Notes: generated by a model from the sequence alone, not told the origin. DNA of 64,000 bases from Octopus vulgaris (GCA_951406725.2 OX597821.1:84258001-84322000); one strand, 5' to 3'; positions 12,118-24,978 are shown, numbered from the stretch's first letter. Translations and numbers: made by a program.

Positions 12118-12763
12118 GGTAAACAGTAAAAATAATTACAGACATGGACAAGAACATGAAACGCCACAGAGACGACACAAGAACCACAGGACGGGACATT
12201 CGAAGCCCTCAGTCATCAGTCAAGAACCAGATCATCTTAGCAATTTCGGCTGATTAATCTTGAGATTGCTCCGATATGGGCAGCCCACCAAGGGAAATCT
12301 AAGCCAAGTGCATTAGATCCCCTGAAAGAAAGCTTCGAATGTATACAACACGAGGACGGAAAACGAACGAAGTACACGAACAAAAATACAGAATACGTGA
12401 CACCAATAAGAATACAAAAACGTAAAAACAATAACGGTAAAAATAAAAAATAAAAAATAAACAACAAAACAAAACCAGGACGTAGGACAAGGGTCTTTCG
12501 ACAGGACGAGTTGAGTATGGGGCTGGCTTATGAAGTTGTGCCTAATGGCCGCAGGGAGACGAACAAATACGTGTTGCTTCAGCGGCTGCTGGAACGAACA
12601 CGACGGGCTTCTTTGAGTTTCCGTCTACCAAATCCACTCACAAGGCTTTGATCGGCCGGAGGCTATAGTATAAGACACTTGCCCAAGGTGCCATGCAGTG
12701 GGACTGAACCCAGAGACATGTGGTTGGTAAACAAGCTACTTACCACACAGCCACTCCTGCGCC
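11897..12763 (-). mobile_element. SINE family B split by a nested insertion
   Basis: The tail half (11897 to about 12075) and head half (12601-12763) are separated by (TA)n and an unrelated segment of about 480 bp. Confidence 0.85.
12119..12600. mobile_element. Unclassified CpG-rich insertion nested in the SINE internal microsatellite
   Basis: Interrupts an otherwise colinear SINE; non-coding, with an A-rich plus strand. Confidence 0.6.
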
Positions 12764-13097
12764 TATGGGCATATATGTTTTTAGGTATGCATTTCCCTAC
12801 ATACATGTATGCGCATGAGTGTGTAAATTTACGCGCCAAAATGCACACGTTTGTATATGCGTACATTTGCGCACATGCGTATGTATGTCACCGTACACGT
12901 GTGTATACGTATGCATTTGTACAGATCAGTATGGGTGTATGTATAAGCGTACATTGTGCGAAAGTACACGCGCTTGTGTATGTGTGTGTGTGCGTGCATT
13001 TGTGTGTTTGTGTGTGAATCTACACGAGAGCATGCAGTTGTGTGTGTGTGTATGTGTGTGTGTGTGTGTGTGTGTGAATCTACACGAGAGCATGCAG

Positions 13098-13143
<46 letters not shown>

Positions 13144-13191
13144 CTACACGAGAGCATACAGTTGTGTGTATGGGTGCCTTTGCAATTATGT

Positions 13192-13580
13192 GGATGGAAG
13201 CACTCCGTCGGTTACGACGATGAGGGTTCCGGTTGATCCGAATCAACGGAACAGCCTGCTCGTGAAATTAACGTGTAAGTGGCTGAGCACTCCACAGACA
13301 CGTGCACCCTTAACGTAGTTCTTGGGAATATTCAGCGTGACACAGAGAGTGACATGGCCGGCCCCTTGAAATACAGGTATAACAGAAACAGGAAGTAAGA
13401 TTAGAGAAAGTTGTGGTGAAAGAGTACAGCAGGGATCACCACCATCCCCTGCCGGAGCGTCGTGGAGCTTTTAGGTGTTTTCGCTCAATAAACACTCACA
13501 ACGCCCGGTCTGGGAATCGAAACCGCGATCCTATGACCGCGAGTCCGCTGCCCTAACCACTGGGCCATTGCGCCTCCACC
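13192..13580 (-). mobile_element. Full-length SINE family C
   Basis: 12-bp TSD TTGCAATTATGT (13180-13191 / 13581-13592). Confidence 0.9.
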
Positions 13581-13856
13581 TTGCAATTATGTATGTGTTA
13601 TCGTACACGTATGCACGTGTGTGTGTGCGTATGTATATATATGTGTGTATACACGTGTGTGCGTATATGTTTGCATGTGTTTTCAGGATGGATGCCCAGT
13701 ACGTGGCCAAATAGGGTATTCATTTATGACATTAGGGCTGATATAAAAAATGTCGGTACAACCCTGGGGTCATGTCCTCGATTTGGGCTTCAATAATTAG
13801 TGTATGTCAGTTTTTGTGTAGCACTCTCACGTGCGCAACTATGCATACACTTGCGT

Positions 13857-13903
<47 letters not shown>

Positions 13904-14129
13904 CATGTGTGCGTAATATATATCTCTAAATAAATCTCGTTTGCTTTCTGTGTGTGTGTGTGTATACTCACACACATACGCACACATATATTTAAGTATA
14001 TATGCATATATACATACACACACAACACATATATGTATATACACACGTGCACACACACATACACACACACACGCACACACACGCACACACACACACGCAC
14101 GCACACACACGCACGCACACACACATATA

Positions 14130-15052
14130 CTAGACTACTCGTGACCCTTTGGGTCACCAGGAAACTGAGTTTACCAGCAACGGAGTTTTGTTTCGTAGGT
14201 TTTTTTTCTTCTTTTCCGTGTTATTTCACATGCTTTCAACGAATATGACATCAAATTACGCGTAAACGGCTCCTTTCCCCAGAAAAGGAAAGATTTGGCT
14301 GCTATTTCTTGTACACTCTGCTACCACATTAACAAGTATTTCGGGTTATTTATCGCAAATAGCTGTTACGTGGTAGCAGAGCGTGCTAGAAACAGCAGCC
14401 AAATTTTGGAGGTGAGATACGTTGAATACACGCGAAAAAAAACTATAGAAAAAAACTACTTCACACGGAGGTTACGAACGGGTCTTTTACAAAATATTTA
14501 CTGTATTTTTAAAGTAATTTTCACTTTAAAATATTTTTTCAATATGCCAAAAAAATTTTTTTGCAATACTATTCACTTGATAATAATTTTAAAAACAATA
14601 AAATATTGTCTGTTTAAAGAGAGCTAAAATATATATACTTACTGTACCAGCAACTTACATTTTTGGAAGTCACATTCACTTAAAAATATTTCTAAATGAT
14701 TAAAATATTGTGTTTATCAGAATCGAAAATAGAAACATTTACTGTAAAAGAACAAATCGTATTTTTTCATTGTCAAGTCACAGTGTCTAATCGAAAAATA
14801 AGAGTTTCTTCCCTTCCAGATTAAGATTATTATCGGAATAATTCTCTATTATACACCGTTTTGGGTATTTATATCCCGAAAACCTCTAATATCTTAAAAA
14901 CCAGTTGTCCGACTTACGCAAAACATATTTTATTCTGTTCGTATTAACATCTCAAGATAAACTTAATTAATAGTATTTTCCCATTATGCGCCAGTTTGGT
15001 TGGGTAACATTGCAAGCAAGTAAGCAAGCAAGATTCAAACTGACTTTTAATG

Positions 15053-15055
<3 letters not shown>
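14130..15055 (-). mobile_element. Non-autonomous Helitron-like element (5' boundary uncertain)
   Basis: The minus-strand 3' end has a perfect hairpin GTGACCC-AAA-GGGTCAC (14141-14157), then CTAG|T (14130-14133). An internal inverted repeat of about 35 bp lies at 14293-14404. Confidence 0.55.
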
Positions 15056-15119
<64 letters not shown>

Positions 15120-15189
15120 AACACATTCAGATGAGCATGTAAGCGCAAAACAAGGTGGAAAAGTAGTATTCGAATACCAAAGATAGAAT

Positions 15190-15251
15190 AATGATCACAA
15201 CTGCCTGACGAACGGAAACGTGAAACTCTGAGTAACAGTTCTCTGATCATT
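15190..15251 (+). ncRNA. Type I minimal hammerhead ribozyme in a short (TA)n-flanked element (about 15118-15300), probably Penelope-like/retrozyme
   Basis: Core CTGACGA (15205-11); stem II ACG-GAAA-CGT; GAAA (15222-25); palindromic stem III ACTC-T-GAGT; GUA cleavage triplet (cut after 15234). Stem I AACTG/CAGTT is extended by AATGATCA/TGATCATT, with one C.A mismatch next to the core. Confidence 0.8.
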
Positions 15252-15297
15252 TTGCAGCGAAACTTTGAAGCTGAAACAATTTTAAGTTTTAACAATT

Positions 15298-15368
<71 letters not shown>

Positions 15369-15455
15369 AGAGTTTACGAAAAAAACAAAAGACGAAGACA
15401 GGTGGTTTACAAAACAAACAGATGTATTAGTATAACACTCAGGAATAGAATAACT

Positions 15456-15491
15456 CTTTTACGTTTCGAGCCTACGCTCTTCTACAGAAAG
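15456..15491 (-). ncRNA. Hammerhead-like motif (variant core) in short element 15366-15545
   Basis: Minus strand reads cttt-CTGTAGA-A-GAGC-GTAG-GCTC-GAAA-CG-TA-aaag; the same family as 24383. Confidence 0.55.
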
Positions 15492-15541
15492 GGACAGAAA
15501 AAACAAGGAGAGAAAAAATGTGTGTAGTGGCTATCGTTCTA

Positions 15542-15657
<116 letters not shown>

Positions 15658-16559
15658 AATATTAAATTTCTAAATCTCTCATAGAGATATGTACGGTGGT
15701 GGGGCGATAGAATGGTTGTATACTGTCAATCTAACGTGAACGTGACAGTAGGGGGTACACTACCACTGTTTAGCCCTAGGAAGCATCGACGCCTCCTGAT
15801 GGCTTTGACACATTTTTCCTGTGTCCTTATATACATTTACGAAGAGAAATATATATATATATATATATTTCTCTCTATGTCTATCTGTCTATCTCTTTTC
15901 GTCTTGCTTCCCTCACTCCACCCTATATCTATGCCTACGTAGTCATATTAGGCGAAGTTGCATTTGGACAAGTTATTTCTCAATTGCAACGTTGCCTAAA
16001 GTGTGTCGAGAATTCTTCCCCGTCAAATTCAACCATGGAAATAATCAGTCTTTATTGCCTTCCCATGTGGCTGATTTGCCTTCTCACTTACACAGCAGGA
16101 TCTTCAGCCTGCAGCGTGGGACGACGCCGTCTTATAATACAAACGTGATATAAGCCATTTAACTATTACATTAATATTGTCATCGTCCACCTTGTATTTC
16201 TTGCTGTCTTTGTTTAGTACCAGATCAGTCCTGATTCGACAAACCTAGAACTAAAAGCATTCAGGTCGTGACTATCCCAGTTCTTTCAAAGGCCCAAGAT
16301 AAGCACGAACAGATTATTTGTATCTATTACTGGCACACAAATTGTTACTAATAATATAATATTAAAAACAGGCCAAAACATCATCACAGTCTGTTAGCAA
16401 AAGAACTTCAGAAAATTTGCTTACAGTAGGTCGGTAGTTATGTGAAGGGGCCGGCCCCATCATCTCATTATACCTCCTTCCCCAGCATATATATATAACC
16501 CAAGCCTGATATGTGTTCTGCATTATTTAATGACTCTGTTACCTTTGAAAAGACGTGAA

Positions 16560-16858
16560 GAAGCATGGGTCAGTAGTTAGAGCGTCGGGCTCACAATCGT
16601 TAGGTAATGAGTTCGATCCCCGTACTTGACTGTGTATTGTGTTCTCGAGCAAGGCAGTTCCAGTTCATTCAGCTGTAGGAATGAGGTGTGATGTCATTAG
16701 TGCCAAGCTACAGCTTGGCTCTTGCCTTTCGATTCAGTGGTGTGAAGGCTGGTATGCATGGGTCTTCAATAAACAACTTTACCTGAACTTGTGCCTCGGA
16801 AGGTAATTTTCTAGGTGCAATCCCATGGTCATTCATGACTAAAGGGGGTCTTTTACCC
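16560..16858 (+). mobile_element. Degenerate tRNA-derived SINE, family D
   Basis: tRNA-like head plus tail ...GGTGCAATCCCATGGTCATTCATGACT; a homologous reverse copy lies at about 38275-38600. Confidence 0.65.
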
Positions 16859-17256
16859 TAAAAAAAAAAACATTTTTTAAGAATGTAAATCAATGGTTCT
16901 CACCCGTAGTCCACATGACCCTTGGTGCCATGTGGACCCCGGGTGAGCAATAAATTGGTTATACTTCTACAATACACAAAATATTTTAACTCAGAATGGC
17001 TATGGAGGTTCAGTAAAATTGGAATCAAATGGCTCCATAGGCAAAAGATAGTTGAAAACCCCTGGTATAAATGAAAAATTCTACCAGAAAGATGAAAGGA
17101 ATGTTAAATCTTCATCCACCTGTCAGCAGTGGCGCAGCTAATTGGAGAACAAAGGGAGCAATCGCCCCCCCCCCCATCCGCCCCAGCACATTTTTCAAAA
17201 TTGGTACCTTCTCAATAATTTTTTTTTAATTGCTTAGTTCACTTATGCGATAAAAG

Positions 17257-17545
17257 TCGAATCGGCATTCATTCGATATAACTCGACAAAATTGAAACAC
17301 TTCACTTGGGGTATTTCCATGGAAGCAAATGACAGTTCGATTCTGTTTTCTGATTGGAAATTTGCGGGTTTTACATACACACCTGAAACAGGTAAGAACA
17401 AATATGCAAGGTTTTTTTTCTTCAAGTTTAAAATGAGACATTGCTGGCATAATTTCGTTATATCTATTATACTCCACAAACCCACGGAAATACCTGAAGT
17501 GAAATGTTTTGATTTTGTCGAGTTATATCGAAGCAATGCCGTCGA
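17257..17545. mobile_element. MITE-like element with about 60-bp inverted arms
   Basis: 17263-17322 is an imperfect reverse complement of 17482-17541. Confidence 0.7.
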
Positions 17546-17675
17546 ATCCCTTTTTTACTTTTTTCTCTGGCGCAACGTGTGAAAAAAAAATGTCTTGCTC
17601 AATGCGCCGCCAGGAATCGAACTTACAATTCTGTGATCGTGAGCTGAATACCTTAACCACTAAGCCACGTAATTA

Positions 17676-17769
<94 letters not shown>

Positions 17770-18863
17770 TTTGTGTGTGTGTGTCTTTGTGTTTGTATTT
17801 GTCCCCCACTACCGCTTGTTAACCGGTGTTTGTTTCTTTCGTCCCCTTAAACTGAACGGTTCGGCAAGAAAAAAAAAAAACCTACAGAATAAATGCCAGG
17901 CTTTAAAAATAATAACAGAGATAAACTCGTTCGCCTAAAAACCGTTCAAGTCGGTGCCCCAGCATGGTCGCAGTTCAACAATTGAAACAAGTAAAAGATA
18001 AAAGATTATATAAGAAATCACGAATTATTTACAAGAATCTGAACTACAATATTGACTACATTTAGATTTCATCTAAGATTATTATCAAATGGTCTATGGT
18101 TACCCACGTAATGGATACGCGAATGTTATAAATAAACTTCTTTGTATCATAAACAGCCTCGTGACCAACTTCTCTCTTTACCTTAGGCATACAATTATAC
18201 AGTTTTTAAACTTTGAAATATATATATAAAAGAATGTCAGATTAATATGAGGCTGTTTTCTACTTCTGTTTCAATACATTTTGTGCTTCGTCGATTTCGT
18301 TTTCTTGGGAAGTTCGGATAACCTTAAAAACAGATAACCTTAACGTCTGATGAAAACAAACCATTGGGGTCGATCGCTCTGGGGGCGCCTTTTCTTTTTA
18401 TCTTGTTCCAATCATTGGTCTGCGGTCATGCTAGAATACCACCCTGAAAGGTTTCACTCGAACAAACCGACTGCGGGTACATGTTTTTAAGGCAAGGATT
18501 TACTATGTTAGTGACTTTTGGCGAACTGCTAAGTTTAAGCTCCGGAAACAAACCAACACTGGTTGTCAAACTCTGGGCTAGAGACAAGCACAATACAAAC
18601 ACACGCGCGCAGGCGCACACTGCTTCAACAAAACTTCCGTATACCAAATTCACTCACAAGGTTTTGGTCGGCCCGTAGCAATAATAGCTGACACTTGCCC
18701 AAGGTACTACGCGGTGGGACTGAACCCGTCACCATGTGGTTTATGTAGATAGTGTCTCAGAATAATTTAAAAGTATAGTTAGTCATCACTCGCAAACGAC
18801 TATCGATGGCTTGGTAACATGTACTTATACTTTTGCTAACTGTCCTTGTGTAATTACGAGTAG

Positions 18864-19244
18864 TGGAGGCACAATGGCTCAGTGGTTAGGGCAGCGGACT
18901 CGCGGTCGTAGGATCGCGGTTTCGATTCCCAGACCGGGCGTTGTGAGTGTTTATTGAGCGAAAACACGTAAAAGCTCCACGAGGCTCCGGCAGGGGGTGT
19001 TGGCGATCCCTGCTGTACTCTTTCACCACAACTTTCTTTCACTCTTACTTCCTGTTTCTGTTGTACCTGTATTTCAAAGGGCCGGCCTTGTCACTCTCTG
19101 TGTCACGCTGAATATCCCCGAGAACTACGTTAAGGGTATACGAAGTGCTCAGCCACTTGCACGTTAATTTCACGAGCAGGCTGTTCCGTTGATTCGGATC
19201 AACCGGAACCCTCATCGTCGTAACCGACGGAGTGCTTAAAAAAA
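18864..19244 (+). mobile_element. Full-length SINE family C
   Basis: 12-bp TSD AATTACGAGTAG (18852-18863 / 19245-19256). A variant-head relative follows at about 19382-19710. Confidence 0.9.
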
Positions 19245-19796
19245 AATTACGAGTAGAAACAAACGTATCTCTTGGGCCCTCGCTCTTGATTCAGCGGAAC
19301 GACCACAACATGGCAGCAAGGATTGGGTGTGGAGGAAGAGAACTACACCGGAATTTGGCTGGAATTTATTACAACTTCGGGGAAGGTGCGTGGCTAAGTG
19401 GATACGGTATTCGACTCACAATTGCAAGTTTGTGAGTTCGATGCCCGGCGGCGCGCTGTGTCCTTGAGCAAGACATTATTTCACGTTGCTCCAATCCACT
19501 CAGCTGGCAAAAATGAGTAGTACTTGTTTTTCAAAGGGCCAGCCTTGTTAGATTCTGTGTGTCGCTGAATCTCCCTGAGAACTACGTCAAGAGATACGCG
19601 TGTCTGTGGAGTGCTCAGCCACTTGCACGTTTATTTCACGAGCAGGTTGTTGTTCCGTAGATCATCGGATCAACTGGAACCCGTGTCGACGTAACCGACG
19701 GAATGCCAGTTTTATTACTGCGGTGAAATGAAGCGTCTTGCTCATGGAGGCAGACAATGCGTCACTCGTTCAAGAAATGTAATCCACGATATTACA

Positions 19797-20044
19797 TCAT
19801 CATCATTGTTCGACCGTGGTCGAGACAATGGAATTTACCATGCTACGCCAGACTTCACGGTCCATCATGGCATTACGGAGGTCCTGTTGCTGGATACCTG
19901 TATCCCTGGAGATTACATCAGGGTAGGAGAGTGTGCGCCCTCTGGTATTGCGAGTTGATGGCTTCCAGAGGAGAAGAGTAGAAATTACCTCATTTTCAGC
20001 TCTACAACAATGTCCAGCAAACTGGACTCTCTTACCTTTCACAA
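19797..20044 (-). mobile_element. 5'-truncated RTE-clade LINE 3' end
   Basis: ORF 19803-20042 has RTE-type C-terminal motifs (QFAGHCCR...LLLWKP...RGR...YPD...D.G...AMMDREVWR). It also has a (TGA)n tail and a 9-bp TSD GATATTACA (19788-96 / 20045-53). Confidence 0.85.
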
Positions 20045-20554
20045 GATATTACAATCGGGATCCGAACACCCAAACCACGAGGTCACGTAACCTCACATCA
20101 AAATAATTAACCCAAGTGATTTTCATCTAATGGTGCAAGAACATGAACGTGCTGTGTAGCCTGTTAATGATATAGAAGTTCTACACACACCTTAATTGAC
20201 TGTAAGAAGAAAAAAACGACTAAAAGGATGGTGTTTGTTGAAGGTCTGCACGTATTTTCTGATAACGATTCTAATTATGAAAGTAACATGAAGAGTTCAT
20301 AATTAGCTCATTCCCCTCTCTGAACTATACGAAGGAATGGTGCACCATAAACGACGCTCTTCACTCCTGGAGCAGATACTGCTACTGCTGCTGCTGCTGA
20401 TGATGATCATCATCATCACTAGGACGGTAGATAGTGTCTCTCTTCCTTCCAGTAACTACCATTACACCCCCAATAGAAATCAACACGGCTCGAGGTATAT
20501 ACCCCACAACAATATTAAAGTGATCGTGTTTTACCTTCTCTCTCTTCAACCATT

Positions 20555-21398
20555 ACTAGCAGAGAAGCTTGGATTTGGTGATTCAACCATTCATCGACAA
20601 CCATTCATGCCATCGAAAAGTCAGCAAATTGGGTCAATGAGTTCCTCACAAACTTTTCGAGTCTAATTGCGCGCAGAGAGTGAACGTGTGCTCTTCTCTG
20701 CCATCATGTCACACGAATGAACCGTTTTTTTTTTCTTTCTTGACCGAATAGTGACTGGTGACGAGAAATGGGTTCTCTATAAGAATGTCAAGCGCCGAAC
20801 GGAGAAACACCGGTAGAGAATGGAAAAACACCGGCACCCCAGGCTAAAGAAGGTTTTCACCCACGTAAGATGCTGTTATCCGTTTGCTGGGACAAGAAAG
20901 GTTTAGTCTACTTTGTTATAGTTTGGTTTGGACTTAAAAGTTCAAAGATCTACTGCGAGCAGCTTCAGCCAGAGCTAGAAGAAAAACGACCATCTTTGGT
21001 TTCAAGACGAAAGGTATTCTTCCATCAGGATAATGCTCGGCCACATACAACGAAGATGACATTCCAAAGGCTGGAGCAGTTTGAATGGGAAACGATGCCC
21101 CACCCACCATATTGGTTGGACATTGTCCCATCTGATTATTATTTATTCCGCAGTCTTCAAAACCGTTTGGACGGAAAAAATATGAATTCTGTAGACCAGA
21201 TCAGAACAGTACTAGAGGAGTATTTTTCGTCACGGACAAGTGAATTTAGGAAAAGAGGCCTTGCAAGCTTACCAAATAGATGAAAGAGCATTGTAGAAAA
21301 TGAAAGAGAGAATATTTTGGATTAAAAAGAACTTTGTTTATCTTAATTTTGAAAAATAAAAGAGGTATAAAAAAGCACATTATTTATAGGATGACCCA

Positions 21399-21401
<3 letters not shown>
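20555..21401 (+). mobile_element. Decayed mariner (DD34D-type) transposase with right TIR
   Basis: Motifs KLGQ*VPHKL, DRIVTGDEKWVLY, FHQDNARPH and HPPYWLDIVPSDYYLFRSLQ, with frameshifts and stops. The element ends at ...GGATGACCCAGTA followed by (TA)n. Confidence 0.92.
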
Positions 21402-21475
<74 letters not shown>

Positions 21476-21535
21476 ATATATATATTATATATATATAAAC
21501 GTTACTCCTCTAAATATAATTCTTTATTCAGTTAA

Positions 21536-21765
21536 TGTGGTTTTGTGGCACAAATCGAAACAGGCCTTCGTGTCCACTGAAGAAAACACTTAGTAAATGA
21601 ACCACATGCACTCGAGCAAACTGAGTCCTCAACTTGTTCCATTTGTCAAAATGTTTGCAAGGCACCAGCAGGCCTCAAGAGACTCATTCCTGTCCATACA
21701 ATATGATTACTGCTTTACTTTGCTGAAATGTCATTCGTCGTTCACGACGGGAGAATTTCTCATCA
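21536..21765 (+). mobile_element. Degenerate LINE 3' end with two C2H2-like zinc fingers (RTE-like)
   Basis: Manual translation CGFVAQIETGLRVH*RKH...TCSICQNVCKAPAGLKRLIPVH, with a stop at 21704-06, followed by the 3' hairpin CGTCG-TTCA-CGACG. Confidence 0.55.
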
Positions 21766-21812
21766 TATTACATCTGTCTATCAATAGCTATCGATCAATC
21801 GATCGATCGATC

Positions 21813-21932
<120 letters not shown>

Positions 21933-22139
21933 TAGCATATATGAATAAAAATTATTTAAATGTTTTAATGGTTGTATATTCGTGTCACCTCTTTTTTCCT
22001 CGTCAAAATCTGTTGGAACGCATCTAAAAGGATAACACATCATAAAAGGTAATGAAAAAATAACATCTACGGCGACATTACAGCAGCTTTCCATGGACGT
22101 CACTGCTCCGAGAGGTAGCTGGTGTTTTGATATTATTAT

Positions 22140-22272
22140 ATATGATACAAAAGTATTGCAAACTGACAAGGCCCCTCATGACGCCCAAAAACTTCAGTAA
22201 GACCTGAACGCAATATACAAATAGGCTGATGAAAACAGCATGCAGTTTAGTGCAGAGAAGTTTCAGCCCTTT
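22140..22272 (+). mobile_element. CR1/Jockey-group reverse transcriptase remnant
   Basis: Manual translation DTKVLQTDKAPHDAQKLQ*DLNAIYK*ADENSMQFSAEKFQ matches the post-YADD pattern (LQxDLxxIxxWAxxNxMxFNxxK). Confidence 0.7.
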
Positions 22273-22345
22273 CATAATCAGTCTAGAAGGAGATTGCAAT
22301 CGGAATACAAAGAGCAGAGGAAGGAAAATGTTATGGAAAATCGAA

Positions 22346-22539
22346 TACTCTTTTTTTTTTACTCTTTTACTTGTTTCAGTCATTTGACTGCGGCCATGCT
22401 GGAGCACCGCCTTTAGTCGAGCAAATCGACCCCGGGACTTATTCTTTGTAAGCCCAGTACTTATTCTATCGGTCTCTTTTGCCGAACCGCTAAGTTACGG
22501 TTGTCAAGCAATGCTAGGGGGACAAACGCAGACACACAA

Positions 22540-22606
<67 letters not shown>

Positions 22607-22753
22607 TACGACGGGCTTCTTTCAGTTTCCGTCTACCAAATCCACTCCGGGGCTATAGCAGAAGACACTTGCCCAAGATGCCACGTAGTGGAACTGAACC
22701 CAGAACCATGTGGTTGGTTAGCAAGCTACTTACCACACAGCCACTCCTGCGCC
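22346..22753 (-). mobile_element. SINE family B
   Basis: Colinear with the family consensus, with small deletions and an internal (TA)n. Confidence 0.9.
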
Positions 22754-24382
22754 TACGATAGCTGTATAACTTAGAAAAAAAAACACACAGAACGTAACAG
22801 GGTGGTGGTAATCTATAATTTTGTTTTCTATTAAGTTTAAGTTTAAAAATGTGAAATAAACCTGAAAATGTATAATTTACAATTTCATCTTCCATTTAAT
22901 TAACATTAACTATATCTGTGTATTTACGGATAACATTTTTTGGTTTGACAAAAATGCACCTCTTTGACTTATATGAGTATTGCGATTTACCTGAAACATT
23001 GCAATTTGTAAATGATATAACGGTTTAAAGAATAAGTTTTTAAAAATGCAGGTGAGAAGTTTGGCAAAATATCTAAGGTAATGTCAGTAAATACAAACAA
23101 ATAGAAAAGATAACGTATTATGGTACAAAGGCTGTTGAATGCTTCTATAATATTTGGGGAAAGATTCCCCTTATCAAATATATTCTCTTATCAAGTGCTC
23201 GGAAACAAGTTTTGTTTCTGGCAGACCAACTCCGAAATATTGTAGAATCAGTGAATAACCTATGTAGGGTAGCAGAATATCTTTTCACTTTGTTTTCATG
23301 TATTTATTGATATTACCTTAAATATCTTGCCTAACTTCTTACCGGCAGTGCACAAATTTCCTTTTTTTTTTTTTTTTGAAAACTTTGCAAACTTACAATT
23401 TTTTTTACCTTCTCTTCAGCTTCTTGTTATTTTCAAGTTTATCCACCTGCTTAAACTGCAATTGCATCTATGTCTGTGTGTAATAGACAGAAGAGTACAT
23501 CTACGTGAAACTACATGTTTCATATTTTTACAGCCCAACGACTATACAATCTCTACAACCCCTCTACTACTCTTACTTTTAACTTTACCATTCCTCAATC
23601 ACTGCCAATCAGTTTCAATACTTTTCTAACTTTCTTTACTCTTCACTTTGAAGCTGGGTCCAACTCACAACAACAAGCTCACCTTATCTCTCAGGCTTGA
23701 AATATAGACAACTAATACAATTATTTTATCTCCATATTTTCCATAGTAGCATGGGTTGGATAGGTCATCACAATTCGCCTGACCTTGCACTTAACAGAAA
23801 ACAGGTCAAAATGTTCTACTTAGGTGCATTTTATCGTGCCACTGGAACAAGAGAGTCTGTCCAAGGCAAAGAGTAGTAAAGGGCTCCCTCCACGATTCCA
23901 TATTCAACCCTTTTGCAGAGTATACTGGATGTATTCTACTATACCGAGAAAGGTTGTCGTTTAGAAAGAAGGCAATCAATTTCCTTCAAACCTTTATTAG
24001 TTCTTATTCAGATTTACCGTTTTCCTAGACGGTTACGTGAATCTGGGTTAAATACTACAAGACAGCACCTTGGGCAAGTGTCTTTTACTACACCACTAGC
24101 TAAACCAATATCTTGAGAGAGAAATTCTGGAGACTAAAATTATGTATGCATGCACGTGTGTGTTTGTACCGATCTAAAACCAGCCTTGTTATATGGCTCC
24201 CTTTGAAGTCCCGAAACTTACTGGCCCTATAAATAAGATATAAGATCAATATGATTGATCATAGCCACAATCCAACCGCTGGAGGCAGCAGAATAAACAG
24301 ATTATATATATATATATATCGCCATGTTGAATCGCTAGCTTCTGCACGCATTTTTTTTCTCTCCGTGTTTCTTTTCTGTGTA

Positions 24383-24420
24383 TCTTTCTGTTGAAGAGCG
24401 TAGGCTCGAAACGTAAAAGA
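24383..24420 (+). ncRNA. Hammerhead-like motif (variant core) in short (TA)n-flanked element 24319-24517
   Basis: tcttt-CTGTTGA-A-GAGC-GTAG-GCTC-GAAA-CG-TA-aaaga: stem I, stem II and a palindromic ACGT stem III are all present. Confidence 0.6.
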
Positions 24421-24752
24421 CTTGTTTTATTTATATTCCTGAGCGCCATACTAATACAATTGTTTGTTTGTACTCCACCTGCCTTCGTCTTTTGTTTATT
24501 TTCATAAAGCTCCCCGTTATATATATATATATATATATATATCGTTTTTAGAAAACATAAATCTAGAGAAGTACACTTTAAGAAGGATCGTTTTTAGAAA
24601 TCACGTGGTTTCGACTGATATATCTCTATACACACATTATATATATACTGTTGTGTCTGGAGAGAGTCATTCTCTTTTGGTGTCTTATAATTTAACACAC
24701 TAACCGGTAAAATTTCCATATACGTACATATACACATGAATGTATGTATAAA

Positions 24753-24916
24753 TATATATTTGAAAAAAGAATAGAAATTGCTTTTCTGATAATTTTTTCC
24801 ACTTTAAAAATTAGATATTTATAAGTCTATAAACTTATGGAAACTTGCAAACATCTAATTATTAAGGTGGAAAAATTATCAGAAATGCTATTTCTATTCA
24901 TTTTTTCAAATATATA
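24753..24916. repeat. AT-rich hairpin with about 74-bp inverted arms (MITE-like)
   Basis: 24753-24826 is an imperfect reverse complement of 24843-24916. Confidence 0.75.
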
Positions 24917-24978
24917 ATACAGTACCAACGACCTATTTTTTATTCTACTCACACACGCGCACGGATACACACACAGTA

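Noticed and set aside
12195-12225. Minus-strand CTGATGA...CGAA hammerhead-like motif
   Set aside because: It has GAAT instead of GAAA and no convincing stems I or III.
20870-21283. 137-aa ORF as a SETMAR-like host gene
   Set aside because: It is a frameshifted, TIR-bounded mariner relic with a degenerate YSPDL motif and no SET domain.
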